A stretch of DNA of 64,000 nucleotides from Lama glama (lineage: Eukaryota), in the NCBI GenBank assembly GCA_028534125.1, contig CM052849.1:18414001-18478000 (forward strand), in the 5' to 3' direction. Both the position numbers and the translations under genes were made by a program. The notes beneath the pieces were generated by a model. It saw only the letters and a program-made list of their open reading frames with translations, made no database searches and had not been told where the DNA came from. Below are positions 62,293 through 64,000 of this stretch, one piece after another (the first letter of the stretch is position 1; every line of letters starts with the position of its first letter).

Positions 62293-64000
62293 ATGTCCTA
62301 GCCATCTGGGTTTCGGTTCTAGAGAAGACTGTGGTGGAAGGTGCTTGTCCCCACTCGTTTCAAGAAGAGAGTCAGTAACTCGACTCCTGCAGCCCCCTGG
62401 GTTGAGCTGAAGGAGAAGAGGGGCAGTAAAAGGCAGGGAAGTGAACGCATTTCTCAGGCAGGCTTTCCAACTCTGTCTGCACCGTCTGACAGCGTGACTT
62501 TGATGACTGATGCTACAGATCAGTACGGTGTTTACGTTCGGGTTAAGCTGACAGAGCGGAGCGCCCCAGAGCCAGACTTGTCTGTGCTGCAAATGCAGGG
62601 CAGCTCCCAGTGCATCTCAGATTCTTAAACGTTTTTTACTTTGGTGGATTCACGGCACGAGGAATCAGAGGAGAAACATATTAGAGGAAAAACGCATCCT
62701 GCAGGAGAGCGGTGGAGCCTCGGAGGCTCCTGCCACTTGTTGGATTCATCCTGGAACCTTACACAGGCCTGTGATGTTTGCTCCGCTGCTGCGGGGAAGC
62801 TCGGGGGATGAAAAGTCAGGTCAGGGGAGTCTCAGAGGGCGGTGTTCTTGTTTCCTTCATCTTCTCAAAGGGCTGGGAGGATTCCACCGAGGAAGGGCTA
62901 GAAATTCATATCACACTCCACTGATACGGGAGAACGACAGCCAGGGTACGAGTCAGAGGTATTTTGGCCACAGAACAGCCACTCTATCGATCGGGTCAAA
63001 TGTGTTTAACTCCGGCAGCCAAGCACCCCAGCTACGTGAAGCTACCGTGACTGCAAACAGCCGACAAGGGCAGGCGCCGCCGCTGAGCTGGAAGGCGTGT
63101 GGCTGGCAAACCAGATGTCCCGAGTCCCCGGCTTGTCCTTCTATTGTCCTGGACTTGTGTGTGGACATGGCGGGCTGACGTAGATAGAGGGCTCACAGAC
63201 AGCCCCAAAGACCCCACGTTAGAACTTCACGAATGCTTCAAGTTTGGCTACCGCATCCACATGGGTGCCCGGAGCCCGTTTCGAGGCCCCGTGCGGAGCA
63301 TTAGAAGCACATCTGATAATGTTTCTATCCACATCCACAGTCGCACACAGAGGGGGCCCCCGGGACAGGGTCACATCTGTAGAACCGCGTTCATTCGACC
63401 GCCACGTGCCCAGCTGGCCTGCGGGTTGAAATCAAATCGGAATTTTGCCCCAGAGGGAGATGGCCGGAGGGAAGGGCAGGTGGCTGGCGCAGATGACACA
63501 GTGCTTCTCGAGAGTCACGAGGAATGGAAACCGGGATGTGCGAGTGTTGGGGGGAGCACAGGCGAGAGGTCCCACGAACCCCAATCACACCCGGAGATCC
63601 TGCTGCTTCTCCGCAGTCCGGCGCAGCCTCACCCGCCCCGTCCGCACATCGCACACTCCCTCTCACGCTCCTGCCAGGGCCTGGAATCTGAGCTTCTCGG
63701 TCAATAAAGTACATTGTTTTCTCCAGAGGCTGCTGCTAAGAAAAGTGGGGTGGATTCACCAGTGTATACAGGAAAGATGATACAAAGTATATTTTCCTGG
63801 GGAACATAAAAGGTATCTTTGTGGTCCTAGAATGTCCAAAATAAAGTTAAGACTCTCTAGCTTTTCGTCTTCTGGCCTCCTGGCCTCATTGAAGGCTAGC
63901 ATTTTTTTTTCCCTGTGGGCATTTGCCAAATGATTGCACATAAAGGCTCTGCAATTGACTGTCCCGCTAACCTTTAAAGCCAGAGAACTTATGACGCCTC

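Noticed and set aside
63099-63707. Longest ORF (202 aa)
   Set aside because: GC-rich, Arg/Pro/Gly/Ser-biased, non-ATG start, no recognisable domain and no splice context. Expected by chance in GC-rich DNA.
1-64000. CRISPR arrays, operons, prokaryotic or viral systems, intact ERV or transposase ORFs
   Set aside because: The sequence is mammalian repeat-rich DNA. No regularly spaced direct repeats, gag/pol/env or long intact ORF was seen.
1-64000. Naming the host gene or locus
   Set aside because: I recognise no coding exon. Identification needs an alignment of the unique blocks to an annotated genome.

Overview
Mammalian non-coding genomic DNA, very probably camelid (alpaca/llama/camel), judged from four copies of the tRNA-derived, Tylopoda-specific Vic-1-type SINE and cetartiodactyl-type L1 3' ends. 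I recognise no protein-coding gene, rRNA, true tRNA or CRISPR array. The supplied ORFs are chance ORFs or decayed L1 ORF2 pieces. A large part of the window is transposon debris: L1, L2, MIR, MaLR/ERVL/ERV1 LTRs, and hAT/Tigger DNA elements. Repeat family names are assigned from remembered consensus sequences, and boundaries are approximate unless a TSD is given. Between the repeats are several repeat-free, homeodomain/TCF/MEIS-motif-rich blocks that look like developmental enhancers. Main observations: (i) 9 of 10 LTRs and 4 of 4 Vic-1 SINEs are on the minus strand, and the one sense LTR appears to have lost its poly(A) signal, suggesting an intron of a + strand transcript, with one well-formed 73-nt candidate exon at 1433-1505; (ii) local A/T->G/C, CpG-gaining patches inside old repeats, possibly gBGC footprints; (iii) a textbook twin-primed, 5'-inverted L1; (iv) two solo ERV1 LTRs with promoter/enhancer potential; (v) N runs whose lengths match the missing repeat sequence, suggesting a reference-guided assembly. 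I found no sequence evidence for a new multi-gene biological system.
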